From the IMG/VR virus record IMGVR_UViG_3300045988_068851: a stretch of DNA of 33,388 nt; one strand, 5' to 3'. The position numbers and the translations under genes were made by a program. Below are positions 25,578-32,039 of the stretch, in pieces. Each line of letters opens with the position of its first letter. Position 1 is the first letter of the stretch. Source of the DNA: a virus. The notes under the pieces are model-generated. The model was not told the origin of the DNA, did no database searches, and saw nothing but the letters and a program-made list of their open reading frames with translations.

Positions 25578-26720
25578 TTAAAATGGTACTTTCTGATTTT
25601 CCCTGATAAGCGGCAGCATTTGCTCCCAAGCACCTATCAGACAGCCCTGCACGAAGTCGTCAGGATAGTTTGTGATAGGAGTATCATAAGGGAAATAGTT
25701 TCTCTGAGATACCACAAGACGTATATCCGATTCGCTTACGTTGTTGGCTCTCATAAGGTCTGCAAGCGCTTTCGGTATGCCATCAGGGATAACGATAGGT
25801 GGTGCAACGTCCTCAAAGCCGCTGAGATCAGTAAGAGGTTCTTCTGCCTTTGGTGCAGCTGTCGGCTGAGCCTGCTGCAATGTCACTGCGTTTGATGTCT
25901 TATGAGGTGGCTGCGGTGCTGCTTTCGGCTGTGCAAGCTGCTCTTGCACACGTCTTGGCATCGGCACAGGCTTAGGCATTTCAGCAGGCTGTGTATACGC
26001 AAACAGGTGAGCTATACCACTATATTCAAAAGGCATTTCAGACGGAAGTCCGTCACGATTTTTAGCGTCCCAGCAAGGGTGATGTGTGGTGTACATAACA
26101 CGGTCGCCGCCCTGAGCCTTGAACTTCTTGCCGTCCTTATCCACAGCTACTGCATATGTTTTGTAGTTTGCAAACAGCACCATATCTGCCCATTCTTTCA
26201 CAAGAGGCGATATCTGAGAAGAAGTTTTCTTGCCGAGCTTTAACTCCCAACGGTCATAAGCCCCCAGCTCGTCAGGCTGTTCAAACTTTCTCATTTGAGC
26301 GTGAGCCGTAAGCACAACGTTGATACCGCTGTCAACTACCTCCTGCAAGAGATTAAGAAACTTGCCTATCTCCTCTTTTTCGTAAACATAGCCATTGCCG
26401 TAGCCGAAATCTTCAATGCCTTTCTTCTGATGTGCCGAGCAGATCGTTTCAATGCAAAGCTGTTCAGCCCAATCAAATGTATCAATGACAAGGGTCTTGC
26501 AGAGCCTGCCGTTCATAGCTTCCTTTACCTCATTTTTGAGCATTTCCCAGCTTGTTGGCTTAGGAAAACGTCTGATGTTCAGCTTCTTTGTGCTGCCCTC
26601 AGTATCAATAAATACAGGGTCGGGGAATTGAGCCGCCAAAGTGGATTTGCCTATGCCCTCAGGACCATATATCACGACTTTCTGTGCGGAGCTTACAACT
26701 CCTGATGTTATCTCATACAT
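25578..26720 (-). CDS. Sak4-like RecA-superfamily ATPase (AAA_24) with a Pro/Gln-rich linker and an extra C-terminal domain
   Basis: Walker A VVIYGPEGIGKST, FIDTEGS and a Walker B-like LVIDT. Preferred start is ATG 26720 (AGGTG 7 nt upstream, TAATG overlap). The track start is 26741. Confidence 0.8.
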   Translation of the reverse strand: MYEITSGVVSSAQKVVIYGPEGIGKSTLAAQFPDPVFIDTEGSTKKLNIRRFPKPTSWEMLKNEVKEAMNGRLCKTLVIDTFDWAEQLCIETICSAHQKKGIEDFGYGNGYVYEKEEIGKFLNLLQEVVDSGINVVLTAHAQMRKFEQPDELGAYDRWELKLGKKTSSQISPLVKEWADMVLFANYKTYAVAVDKDGKKFKAQGGDRVMYTTHHPCWDAKNRDGLPSEMPFEYSGIAHLFAYTQPAEMPKPVPMPRRVQEQLAQPKAAPQPPHKTSNAVTLQQAQPTAAPKAEEPLTDLSGFEDVAPPIVIPDGIPKALADLMRANNVSESDIRLVVSQRNYFPYDTPITNYPDDFVQGCLIGAWEQMLPLIRENQKVPF

Positions 26721-27991
26721 TAAAATGCACCTGCTTTCCAAGTTTTCGTTTCTGTGTTTTCTTCCTTATCATTGTCCATTGACCTGCCGTCCTCAATAAT
26801 GATACTGCACTCGTCACCTGTGGAAACTCTTGTGGCTATCGCCTGCAAGCCCTGTGCTTCAAGCCACTTGCCGAAGTCTTCAAGGGTGTCGGTATCCATT
26901 TGTTCAAGCTTGTCCAGCAGGACAAAACCGCAGTCAGGATTGAGTTTTCTTACGATAGAGGTAGCGACGATAAGCTGTTCAGCACCGCTGATACTGTCCC
27001 ACTTATGCCCGTTATACAGCAACTCTCCGTCCTCAACTGAAAGCCCCTCAAGGGGCAGGTCGGCATTTTTGAGCAAGTCAGTTTTAGCCTGCCTTACGTC
27101 CTCTATCTGCTCAGTGAGATATGTATACTGTGAACGGTAGTCCTCAGCGTCTATCTCAGCTTTCTCCCTGTCGAGGTTTGCTCTTATCTTCTTGTTCAGC
27201 TCCTCGATATCTGAGATATTCTTTTCAAGCTCCGCTGTGCTTTCGTCCACAAGGTCTTGTGCGTCAAGGCTTGCAAGCTTGAAGTTGTTCACTGCCGCTT
27301 CATAGCTTGCTTTTGCACGTTCATAGGCAGACTTAGCAATCTCCAACTGCTTTTCGTAGTATTCTTTCTGGTCACGCTTACGCTGATTTTCGCCGTTGCG
27401 AGCAAGTATATCCTGCTGCTGTCTGATAAGCTCCGAAGCCGAAACAGGCTCGGCAGGGACGTTTGCGTACACAGGCATTTCCTTTGCGAACTTAAACTTC
27501 TGGTCAGCTATCCTGCCAATAGCAGTACGCTGGTCATAGAGGGAATGTTCCTTATGCTCCAACTGATAGAGCGTATCACCCACACCGATTATTTTCAGCA
27601 GAGTTGAAGCTTTTTCCTTGCTCGACTGATTTATGAACTTAGGCAGGTCAAGTGCGAACTGTTCAACGAAGCTGTTCAAAAGCTGCTGACCGCCTTTTTT
27701 GCCTGTGCTGTCGGTGACTTTGAGGGAGCTGTTCTTGCCCGAACGCTCCACCACGATACCATTATCGAGGGTGATCTTCAAATGCGGTTCGACAACAGAC
27801 CCCTCACGCTGAGGAGAGGACGGCTTATACTTATCTCCCCCAAGTGCCCAAGCGATAGCGTCAAGTACAGAGGTCTTGCCCTGCCTGTTCTTACCGCCGA
27901 TAACAGTAAGCCCATTCTTTGCAGGCTCAAGCTGCACGGCTTTTATCTTCTTAACGTTCTCAAATTCAAGTGAGTTTATTTTTACTGACAT
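26720..27991 (-). CDS. SMC/SbcC/RecF-like AAA ATPase with a coiled-coil insert
   Basis: N-terminal FENVKKI...LTVIGGKNRQGKTSVLDAI (Walker A), central coiled coil, and C-terminal signature/Walker B region (SGAEQ...FVLLDKLEQMD). Ends in WKAGAF. Confidence 0.75.
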   Translation of the reverse strand: MSVKINSLEFENVKKIKAVQLEPAKNGLTVIGGKNRQGKTSVLDAIAWALGGDKYKPSSPQREGSVVEPHLKITLDNGIVVERSGKNSSLKVTDSTGKKGGQQLLNSFVEQFALDLPKFINQSSKEKASTLLKIIGVGDTLYQLEHKEHSLYDQRTAIGRIADQKFKFAKEMPVYANVPAEPVSASELIRQQQDILARNGENQRKRDQKEYYEKQLEIAKSAYERAKASYEAAVNNFKLASLDAQDLVDESTAELEKNISDIEELNKKIRANLDREKAEIDAEDYRSQYTYLTEQIEDVRQAKTDLLKNADLPLEGLSVEDGELLYNGHKWDSISGAEQLIVATSIVRKLNPDCGFVLLDKLEQMDTDTLEDFGKWLEAQGLQAIATRVSTGDECSIIIEDGRSMDNDKEENTETKTWKAGAF

Positions 27992-27992
27992 T

Positions 27993-28373
27993 TTAGTTCG
28001 CTCCTCTCATATTTTCAAGCTTATCCCTTGTGCTGAATATTTTTCCGTATGCCTCTCCGATATCAAAGGCTCTCTGCTCACATTCTGACATTCCCTCATA
28101 AACAGTAAGTATATTTGAGCAAGCTTCATCAGCAGTTTTGTATGCTTGACATATATCCGATTTTGTGCTATCATCAATTTGAAAAGTGTTTTCTTTTTTC
28201 GTCGAGCTTGTGCCTGTTGCTGCAGGTGCAGGCTCGGTTTTCATGTAGCGGGCAAAATATCCGCCGCATTTATAGATTTTTTTGTTAAGCGGACATTGTC
28301 CACAGTTTCTATCTGCACTAGTGCAAATCTCTACCGCCTTTTCAAACTCCTCTTTTGTCATCATCGGTATCAT
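27993..28373 (-). CDS. hypothetical early protein
   Basis: Preferred start is ATG 28373, 6 nt after AAGGAGG (MIPMMTKEEF...). Contains CGQCP...C. Confidence 0.55.
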   Translation of the reverse strand: MIPMMTKEEFEKAVEICTSADRNCGQCPLNKKIYKCGGYFARYMKTEPAPAATGTSSTKKENTFQIDDSTKSDICQAYKTADEACSNILTVYEGMSECEQRAFDIGEAYGKIFSTRDKLENMRGAN

Positions 28374-28488
28374 CTTTATCCTCCTTAAACTTTTTCTCCC
28401 AGTGCTTTTCAATGGCACCAAGTACTATGTATATCACTACATCTATCACTGCAAGCACGGCTATTGTTATCAACAGTATCAACGCCAT
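28342..28488 (-). CDS. possible 48-aa single-TM protein (below the track cutoff)
   Basis: Own translation: MALILLITIAVLAVIDVVIYIVLGAIEKHWEKKFKEDKDDTDDDKRGV. It fills the otherwise empty gap between two genes. The SD is weak. Confidence 0.35.
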   Translation of the reverse strand: MALILLITIAVLAVIDVVIYIVLGAIEKHWEKKFKEDKDDTDDDKRGV

Positions 28489-28489
28489 T

Positions 28490-28690
28490 TTACCACTTTC
28501 CTTTCATTTCAACTTCGATCTTGACTATGGGTCTGCCTGCTTCTCTCACTGCACGCTTAATGCTCTCCTCTGCTTCCTCGTAGGCAGTTTCTTTTACGCT
28601 TACATACCACCTGTATGCTACATACATTGCAAGCACCACCAAGAGCGCTACCGCTGCGGCACATCTGATTATCTCTAACACGGCTATCAT
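28490..28690 (-). CDS. small membrane protein
   Basis: 66 aa with hydrophobic CAAAVALLVVLAMYVAY, then a charged tail. Confidence 0.55.
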   Translation of the reverse strand: MIAVLEIIRCAAAVALLVVLAMYVAYRWYVSVKETAYEEAEESIKRAVREAGRPIVKIEVEMKGKW

Positions 28691-28694
28691 TTTC

Positions 28695-28895
28695 TCACGT
28701 CCTTTCTGATCTCTCTGCTATCCACTTGTCAAGCAGCGTTGAGTATATCTCATACACATACTCGTTAAGCTTAATGGCACACCCGAAAGGATACACGCCC
28801 TGTCTGAGCCCTGCGTTCAGCCTGTTCACATTTGTGTTGAAGCCTGCGGCTTTCAGCCGTTCCACCGCCTCTGCCGATGATATCACTTTGAACAT
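28695..28895 (-). CDS. small DNA-binding-like protein (possible excisionase/MerR-type winged helix)
   Basis: 66 aa. The pattern AVERLKAAGF..NVNRLNAGLRQGVYPFGCAI......YEIYSTLLDKWI resembles Xis/AlpA-type HTH proteins. SD GAGGAGGTGA. The assignment is tentative. Confidence 0.4.
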   Translation of the reverse strand: MFKVISSAEAVERLKAAGFNTNVNRLNAGLRQGVYPFGCAIKLNEYVYEIYSTLLDKWIAERSERT

Positions 28896-29234
28896 TTAGC
28901 TCACCTCCTCGATAGTCAAAACATTCTCATGGGGACAAATAACACTTGCCTTTGTCAGAGCCTCGTACTGACTCTTTGCTGCTACTGTGAACACCCTTTT
29001 ATAATGATACTGGTCTATCGTCGTTACCTTGTACAGTTTCATTGCTTTGTCACTCCTCATTGTGTTTTCTGTCATTTCTGCTTCCAGCGAACATATCCTG
29101 CAAACATTGCTAGTTATCATGAGAGACAACGGAATTGTGTTGTCAAGCCCTATTAGCATACATATACCGAATGCAAGCGGACTTGCTAGACACAACGCAA
29201 TACCGAGATAGTACGCTATCTTTTTCAAATTCAA
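28896..29234 (-). CDS. membrane protein, function unknown
   Basis: 112 aa. The N-terminal hydrophobic segments are IAYYLGIALCLASPLAFGICMLIGL and IPLSLMITSNV. Confidence 0.55.
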   Translation of the reverse strand: MNLKKIAYYLGIALCLASPLAFGICMLIGLDNTIPLSLMITSNVCRICSLEAEMTENTMRSDKAMKLYKVTTIDQYHYKRVFTVAAKSQYEALTKASVICPHENVLTIEEVS

Positions 29235-29446
29235 CGTTTGCCCCCCTCATATTGTGACCTTGTTACAATCAGCTCTCCGTCAAGAGTCCAATACTGAATG
29301 ACCTCTCTACAGGGGTCATCTTCTGTTCCTGCACCTTTCAAGGCTCTTGTTACGATCACCTGCTCAACCCTGGCACTGTCACACCCTCTTGGAATAGCAG
29401 TAATTTTCTGTTCCACTTTCTCACACCTCATTTTCTGTCCGTTCAA
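29231..29446 (-). CDS. hypothetical early protein
   Basis: 71-aa ORF with a 4-nt overlap onto the downstream gene. No recognisable motif. Confidence 0.55.
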   Translation of the reverse strand: MNGQKMRCEKVEQKITAIPRGCDSARVEQVIVTRALKGAGTEDDPCREVIQYWTLDGELIVTRSQYEGGKR

Positions 29447-29454
29447 TCGGACTG

Positions 29455-29712
29455 TTAGCTGTTGACATTTTCGACATTCTGAGTATAATTAATGTCAAGG
29501 ACTTCATTGATAGCCGTTTCTATCTTGGTAGACTTTATCTCACCTGTCATTATCTTATACAGATTAGATGTATCGAGATAAGTTTCAGGAAGAAGCTTTT
29601 TGACTTCCTCAATGAGCCATTTCTGTGTCTTGTTGAGCTTAACAAGACGTACCTTGACTTCCACGCCGTACTCTGTCAGTGGTCTTTTACGTTCACTAAT
29701 AATTAACACCAC
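29455..29712 (-). CDS. Cro-like / early HTH regulator (first gene of the leftward early operon)
   Basis: 85 aa. The segment LVKLNKTQKWLIEEVKK....LDTSNLYKIMTGE is HTH-like. Lies opposite the repressor gene. Start uncertain: GTG at 29712 or 29709, SD AAAGGTGG. Confidence 0.5.
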   Translation of the reverse strand: MVLIISERKRPLTEYGVEVKVRLVKLNKTQKWLIEEVKKLLPETYLDTSNLYKIMTGEIKSTKIETAINEVLDINYTQNVENVNS

Positions 29713-29749
29713 CTTTGCATAATATTCACACTAATATGTGTTTTACATA

Positions 29750-29778
29750 TTGACAGTTACGTTTAAATGTAATATAAT
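29750..29778 (+). promoter_or_regulatory. perfect consensus sigma-A promoter, rightward (TTGACA-17-TATAAT)
   Basis: TTGACA 29750-29755, 17-nt spacer, TATAAT 29773-29778. It points toward the repressor gene. Confidence 0.7.
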
Positions 29779-29797
29779 ATATTTACCAGATACAAAT

Positions 29798-29815
29798 ATT
29801 ACGCTCTTGCGTATT
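29798..29815. promoter_or_regulatory. operator O1 (ATTACGCTCTTGCGTATT)
   Basis: 18-bp imperfect palindrome ATTACNC-N4-GCGTAAT. It lies in the region transcribed by both facing promoters. Confidence 0.6.
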
Positions 29816-29826
29816 GCCTTGACTGT

Positions 29827-29855
29827 ATTATATTACACTTTTGCGTAATTGTCAA
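29827..29855 (-). promoter_or_regulatory. perfect consensus sigma-A promoter, leftward (TTGACA-17-TATAAT) for the early lytic operon
   Basis: The - strand reads TTGACA (29855-29850), a 17-nt spacer, then TATAAT (29832-29827). Operator O2 fills the spacer. Confidence 0.7.
29832..29849. promoter_or_regulatory. operator O2 (ATTACACTTTTGCGTAAT)
   Basis: Same 18-bp motif, located exactly between the -35 and -10 of the leftward promoter. Confidence 0.65.
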
Positions 29856-29861
29856 GTGAAA

Positions 29862-29879
29862 ATTACTCTTTTGCGTAAT
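29862..29879. promoter_or_regulatory. operator O3 (ATTACTCTTTTGCGTAAT)
   Basis: Same 18-bp motif, 30 bp from O2. Half-site-like ATTACAC at 29888-29894. Confidence 0.6.
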
Positions 29880-29912
29880 TTTGTTATATTACACAAATTA
29901 CGAGGTGTAACT

Positions 29913-30299
29913 ATGTCAGAATTGTACAATAGAATTGAAAGCTTGTGCAAAAAGAGAAATATAAATGTAACAGTAATGTGCAAAGAAACAGGTGCAAGCA
30001 GAGGCTCTTTAACCGATTTAAAAGCAGGCAGAAAAAAGAAGTTATCTACAGATACACTATCAAAGATAGCTGAATATTTCGGAGTTTCTGTTGATTATTT
30101 GTTGAACGGTGAAGATAATATCAAAGTCGAAGCACACAACGAGCCTATCTATCTTGATGACGAAACAAGAGATATAATAGATGAGCTCAGGACACGACCA
30201 GAAATGAAGATCCTCTTTAGTGTGTCAAAGAACGTCACCAAAGAGGATATAGAAGCTACAGTTGAGATTTTAAAGCGTATGCAAAAGGATAGTGAATAG
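29913..30299 (+). CDS. XRE/cI-type prophage repressor
   Basis: ATG 29913 lies 5 nt after GAGGTG. N-terminal HTH: LCKKRNINVTVMCKETGASRGSLTDLKAGRKKKLSTDTLSKIAEYFGVSVDYLL. The TTG-extended track ORF (29841) would start inside the operators. Confidence 0.85.
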   Translation: MSELYNRIESLCKKRNINVTVMCKETGASRGSLTDLKAGRKKKLSTDTLSKIAEYFGVSVDYLLNGEDNIKVEAHNEPIYLDDETRDIIDELRTRPEMKILFSVSKNVTKEDIEATVEILKRMQKDSE

Positions 30300-30504
30300 A
30301 TTGGATTATTGCATTAGATACGTTCCTTTGCCTATATCGGTAAAGGGAGTGACAGCAATGGATTCTGACGGATTTTATAATATATACATAAACTCTAGGC
30401 TATCCTATGAGGAACAAAAAAAGACTATAGCTCACGAAATGGAGCATATAGTCAGAGGTGACTTTTTCAGCTTTGACGCTCTTGAAGAAGTCGAAACAAT
30501 GTGA
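30292..30504 (+). CDS. ImmA/IrrE-type HExxH metallopeptidase, unusually short (70 aa)
   Basis: FYNIYINSRLSYEEQKKTIAHEMEHIVRGD is the ImmA signature. The GTG start overlaps the repressor stop by 8 nt (co-translated pair). Confidence 0.7.
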   Translation: MNRLDYCIRYVPLPISVKGVTAMDSDGFYNIYINSRLSYEEQKKTIAHEMEHIVRGDFFSFDALEEVETM

Positions 30505-30525
30505 ATATAAAAAGGAGGCGACAAC

Positions 30526-31878
30526 GTGCCATTTGTGATAATAGCCGCCGTTATTGCTATTATCTGCGTTGCAAGGTACTATCATAATAAGAAAGAACGC
30601 AATAAAGAGATAACATGGCAGGAAGTTCAAAAACAGACAGATACAAAAAGAAATACCATAAGTATAGATACATCTGAAAATTTTTCGGAAAGCGAAGATG
30701 TTCCTGCAAGAGAAGTCCATTCAAGAGCGGAGCATAAGCGGAAAATTGCTAACACTCCAAACAGATATGTTGTTATCGACCTTGAAACAACAGGGCTAAA
30801 CCCACAGTATGACTTTATCACAGAATTTGGAGCGATGCTTGTTGAAGACTCTGAGATAGTTGACACATTTGAGCAGTTTGTTAAGCCGAAGAAAAGAATA
30901 CCAGAGGAAGTTGAAGATCTCACAGGGATAACAAATGAAATGGTGTCGGACGCTCCAAGTATAAATATTGTGCTTCCAAAGTTTTTGAAATTTATCGGGA
31001 ACGATATACTTGTAGGACATAACATTGATTTTGACAGTCAATTTATTTCAGCAGCTTGTCAGCGTTTTAATCTGCCATACAAGAACAAAGTATGTGACAC
31101 GCTGGAGCTTTCTCAACAGGTGTTTCCGAAACTTGAAAATCACAAGCTGAGTACGCTATGCAGGAAGCTTAATGTCACCAATGACTCTGCCCACCGTGCA
31201 TTGTCTGATGTGTTGGCAACTCAGCAGGTATTTGAAAAGCTAAGCGAGAAAGCGATACCAAAGATACATAATCATGCAAAATTCACGTTGAAAAAGAACA
31301 GCTATAACGTTCGCTACTCAGCAAAGACCAAAGCCATACGAGAACTACAGGAAATGCTGTTGGATATTACTGACGACAATATCCTTACTGACGAAGAAGT
31401 TATGGAGCTGAAAGATTGGCTTGATTGCAACGAGGAGTTCTGCAATATTTATCCTTTCGATAAACTGAAAAGAATAATAGAAAATGCTTTGGAAGACGGC
31501 ATACTTGAACAGCACGAGCTTGATGAAATGCTTGAGGTTTTCAATGATATTTGCAAGCCTGAGTTTGACAAGGACGTTTCATCAGAGGAACTTATAAACC
31601 TTGACGGCAAGGTGCTTGTTTTCACAGGCGAGTGTCAGCTCGGAGATACAAGTGAGATAACGCCGATATATGAAGCAATGGGTGCAACTATCCGAACGTC
31701 CGTAAGTGGCAAGACTGACTATCTTGTAGTAGGAGCTTACGGCAGTCCTGATTGGTCATACGGCAATTACGGCTCTGAGGTACTCAAAGCAAGAGAGCTT
31801 CAAGAAGCAGGCAAGAAAGTCAAGATAATAAACGAAACAGACTTTTTACCTATCATATACAGCGAAGCAACTACATAA
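30526..31878 (+). CDS. membrane-anchored DEDDh (DnaQ-like) 3'-5' exonuclease with a TerB-like helical module and C-terminal BRCT domain
   Basis: TM FVIIAAVIAIICVA. Exo motifs VVIDLETTG, VGHNIDFD and HRALSDV. BRCT-like GKVLVFTGE...GKTDYLVVG...KVKIINETDF. SD AAGGAGG upstream of the GTG start. Confidence 0.85.
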   Translation: MPFVIIAAVIAIICVARYYHNKKERNKEITWQEVQKQTDTKRNTISIDTSENFSESEDVPAREVHSRAEHKRKIANTPNRYVVIDLETTGLNPQYDFITEFGAMLVEDSEIVDTFEQFVKPKKRIPEEVEDLTGITNEMVSDAPSINIVLPKFLKFIGNDILVGHNIDFDSQFISAACQRFNLPYKNKVCDTLELSQQVFPKLENHKLSTLCRKLNVTNDSAHRALSDVLATQQVFEKLSEKAIPKIHNHAKFTLKKNSYNVRYSAKTKAIRELQEMLLDITDDNILTDEEVMELKDWLDCNEEFCNIYPFDKLKRIIENALEDGILEQHELDEMLEVFNDICKPEFDKDVSSEELINLDGKVLVFTGECQLGDTSEITPIYEAMGATIRTSVSGKTDYLVVGAYGSPDWSYGNYGSEVLKARELQEAGKKVKIINETDFLPIIYSEATT

Positions 31879-31879
31879 C

Positions 31880-31917
31880 AAAAAAAGTCCTCCGAGCGTT
31901 GACAGCACTCAGAGGAC
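31880..31917 (-). terminator. leftward-oriented intrinsic terminator at the 3' end of the exonuclease gene
   Basis: Stem gtcctccgag/ctcagaggac (31887-31896 / 31908-31917, one mismatch). The 7-nt A run at 31880-31886 gives U7 only on the - strand. Confidence 0.5.
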
Positions 31918-31973
31918 AGGTGAACTGATATTGACAGTATCAGCTCGATTAAAATTCACACTAACCCATTAAG

Positions 31974-31998
31974 AAAGGGCGAATTTTGCCCTTTTATT
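31974..31998 (+). terminator. hairpin plus T-rich tail between the exonuclease gene and the integrase
   Basis: aaagggc (31974-31980) pairs with gcccttt (31988-31994), followed by tatt. Confidence 0.45.
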
Positions 31999-32039
31999 GT
32001 AGCACACTTTCGAGGAAGTGTCAAGAACAGGAGGCAAAT

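Noticed and set aside
29798-29903. Regularly spaced 18-bp repeats considered as a mini CRISPR-like array
   Set aside because: There are only three or four imperfect palindromic copies with 12-16 bp gaps between them. They sit between divergent regulators and overlap promoter elements, which is operator architecture and not repeat-spacer structure.
29841-29912. TTG-initiated N-terminal extension of the repressor ORF (the track starts at 29841)
   Set aside because: The extension would begin inside operator O2 and the leftward promoter, and it has no SD. ATG 29913 has GAGGTG at ideal spacing and begins a normal HTH N-terminus.
30400-31041. Three - strand ORFs (81-132 aa) antisense to the ImmA and exonuclease genes
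   Set aside because: They are AT-rich shadow frames (Phe/Ile/Leu-rich) overlapping well-supported + strand genes.
31986-32039. N-terminal extension of the integrase ORF, and the antisense ORF 31969-32265
   Set aside because: The extension starts within the terminator hairpin. AGGAGG followed by ATG at 32040 gives a clean zinc-ribbon N-terminus. The antisense ORF has no SD or motif.
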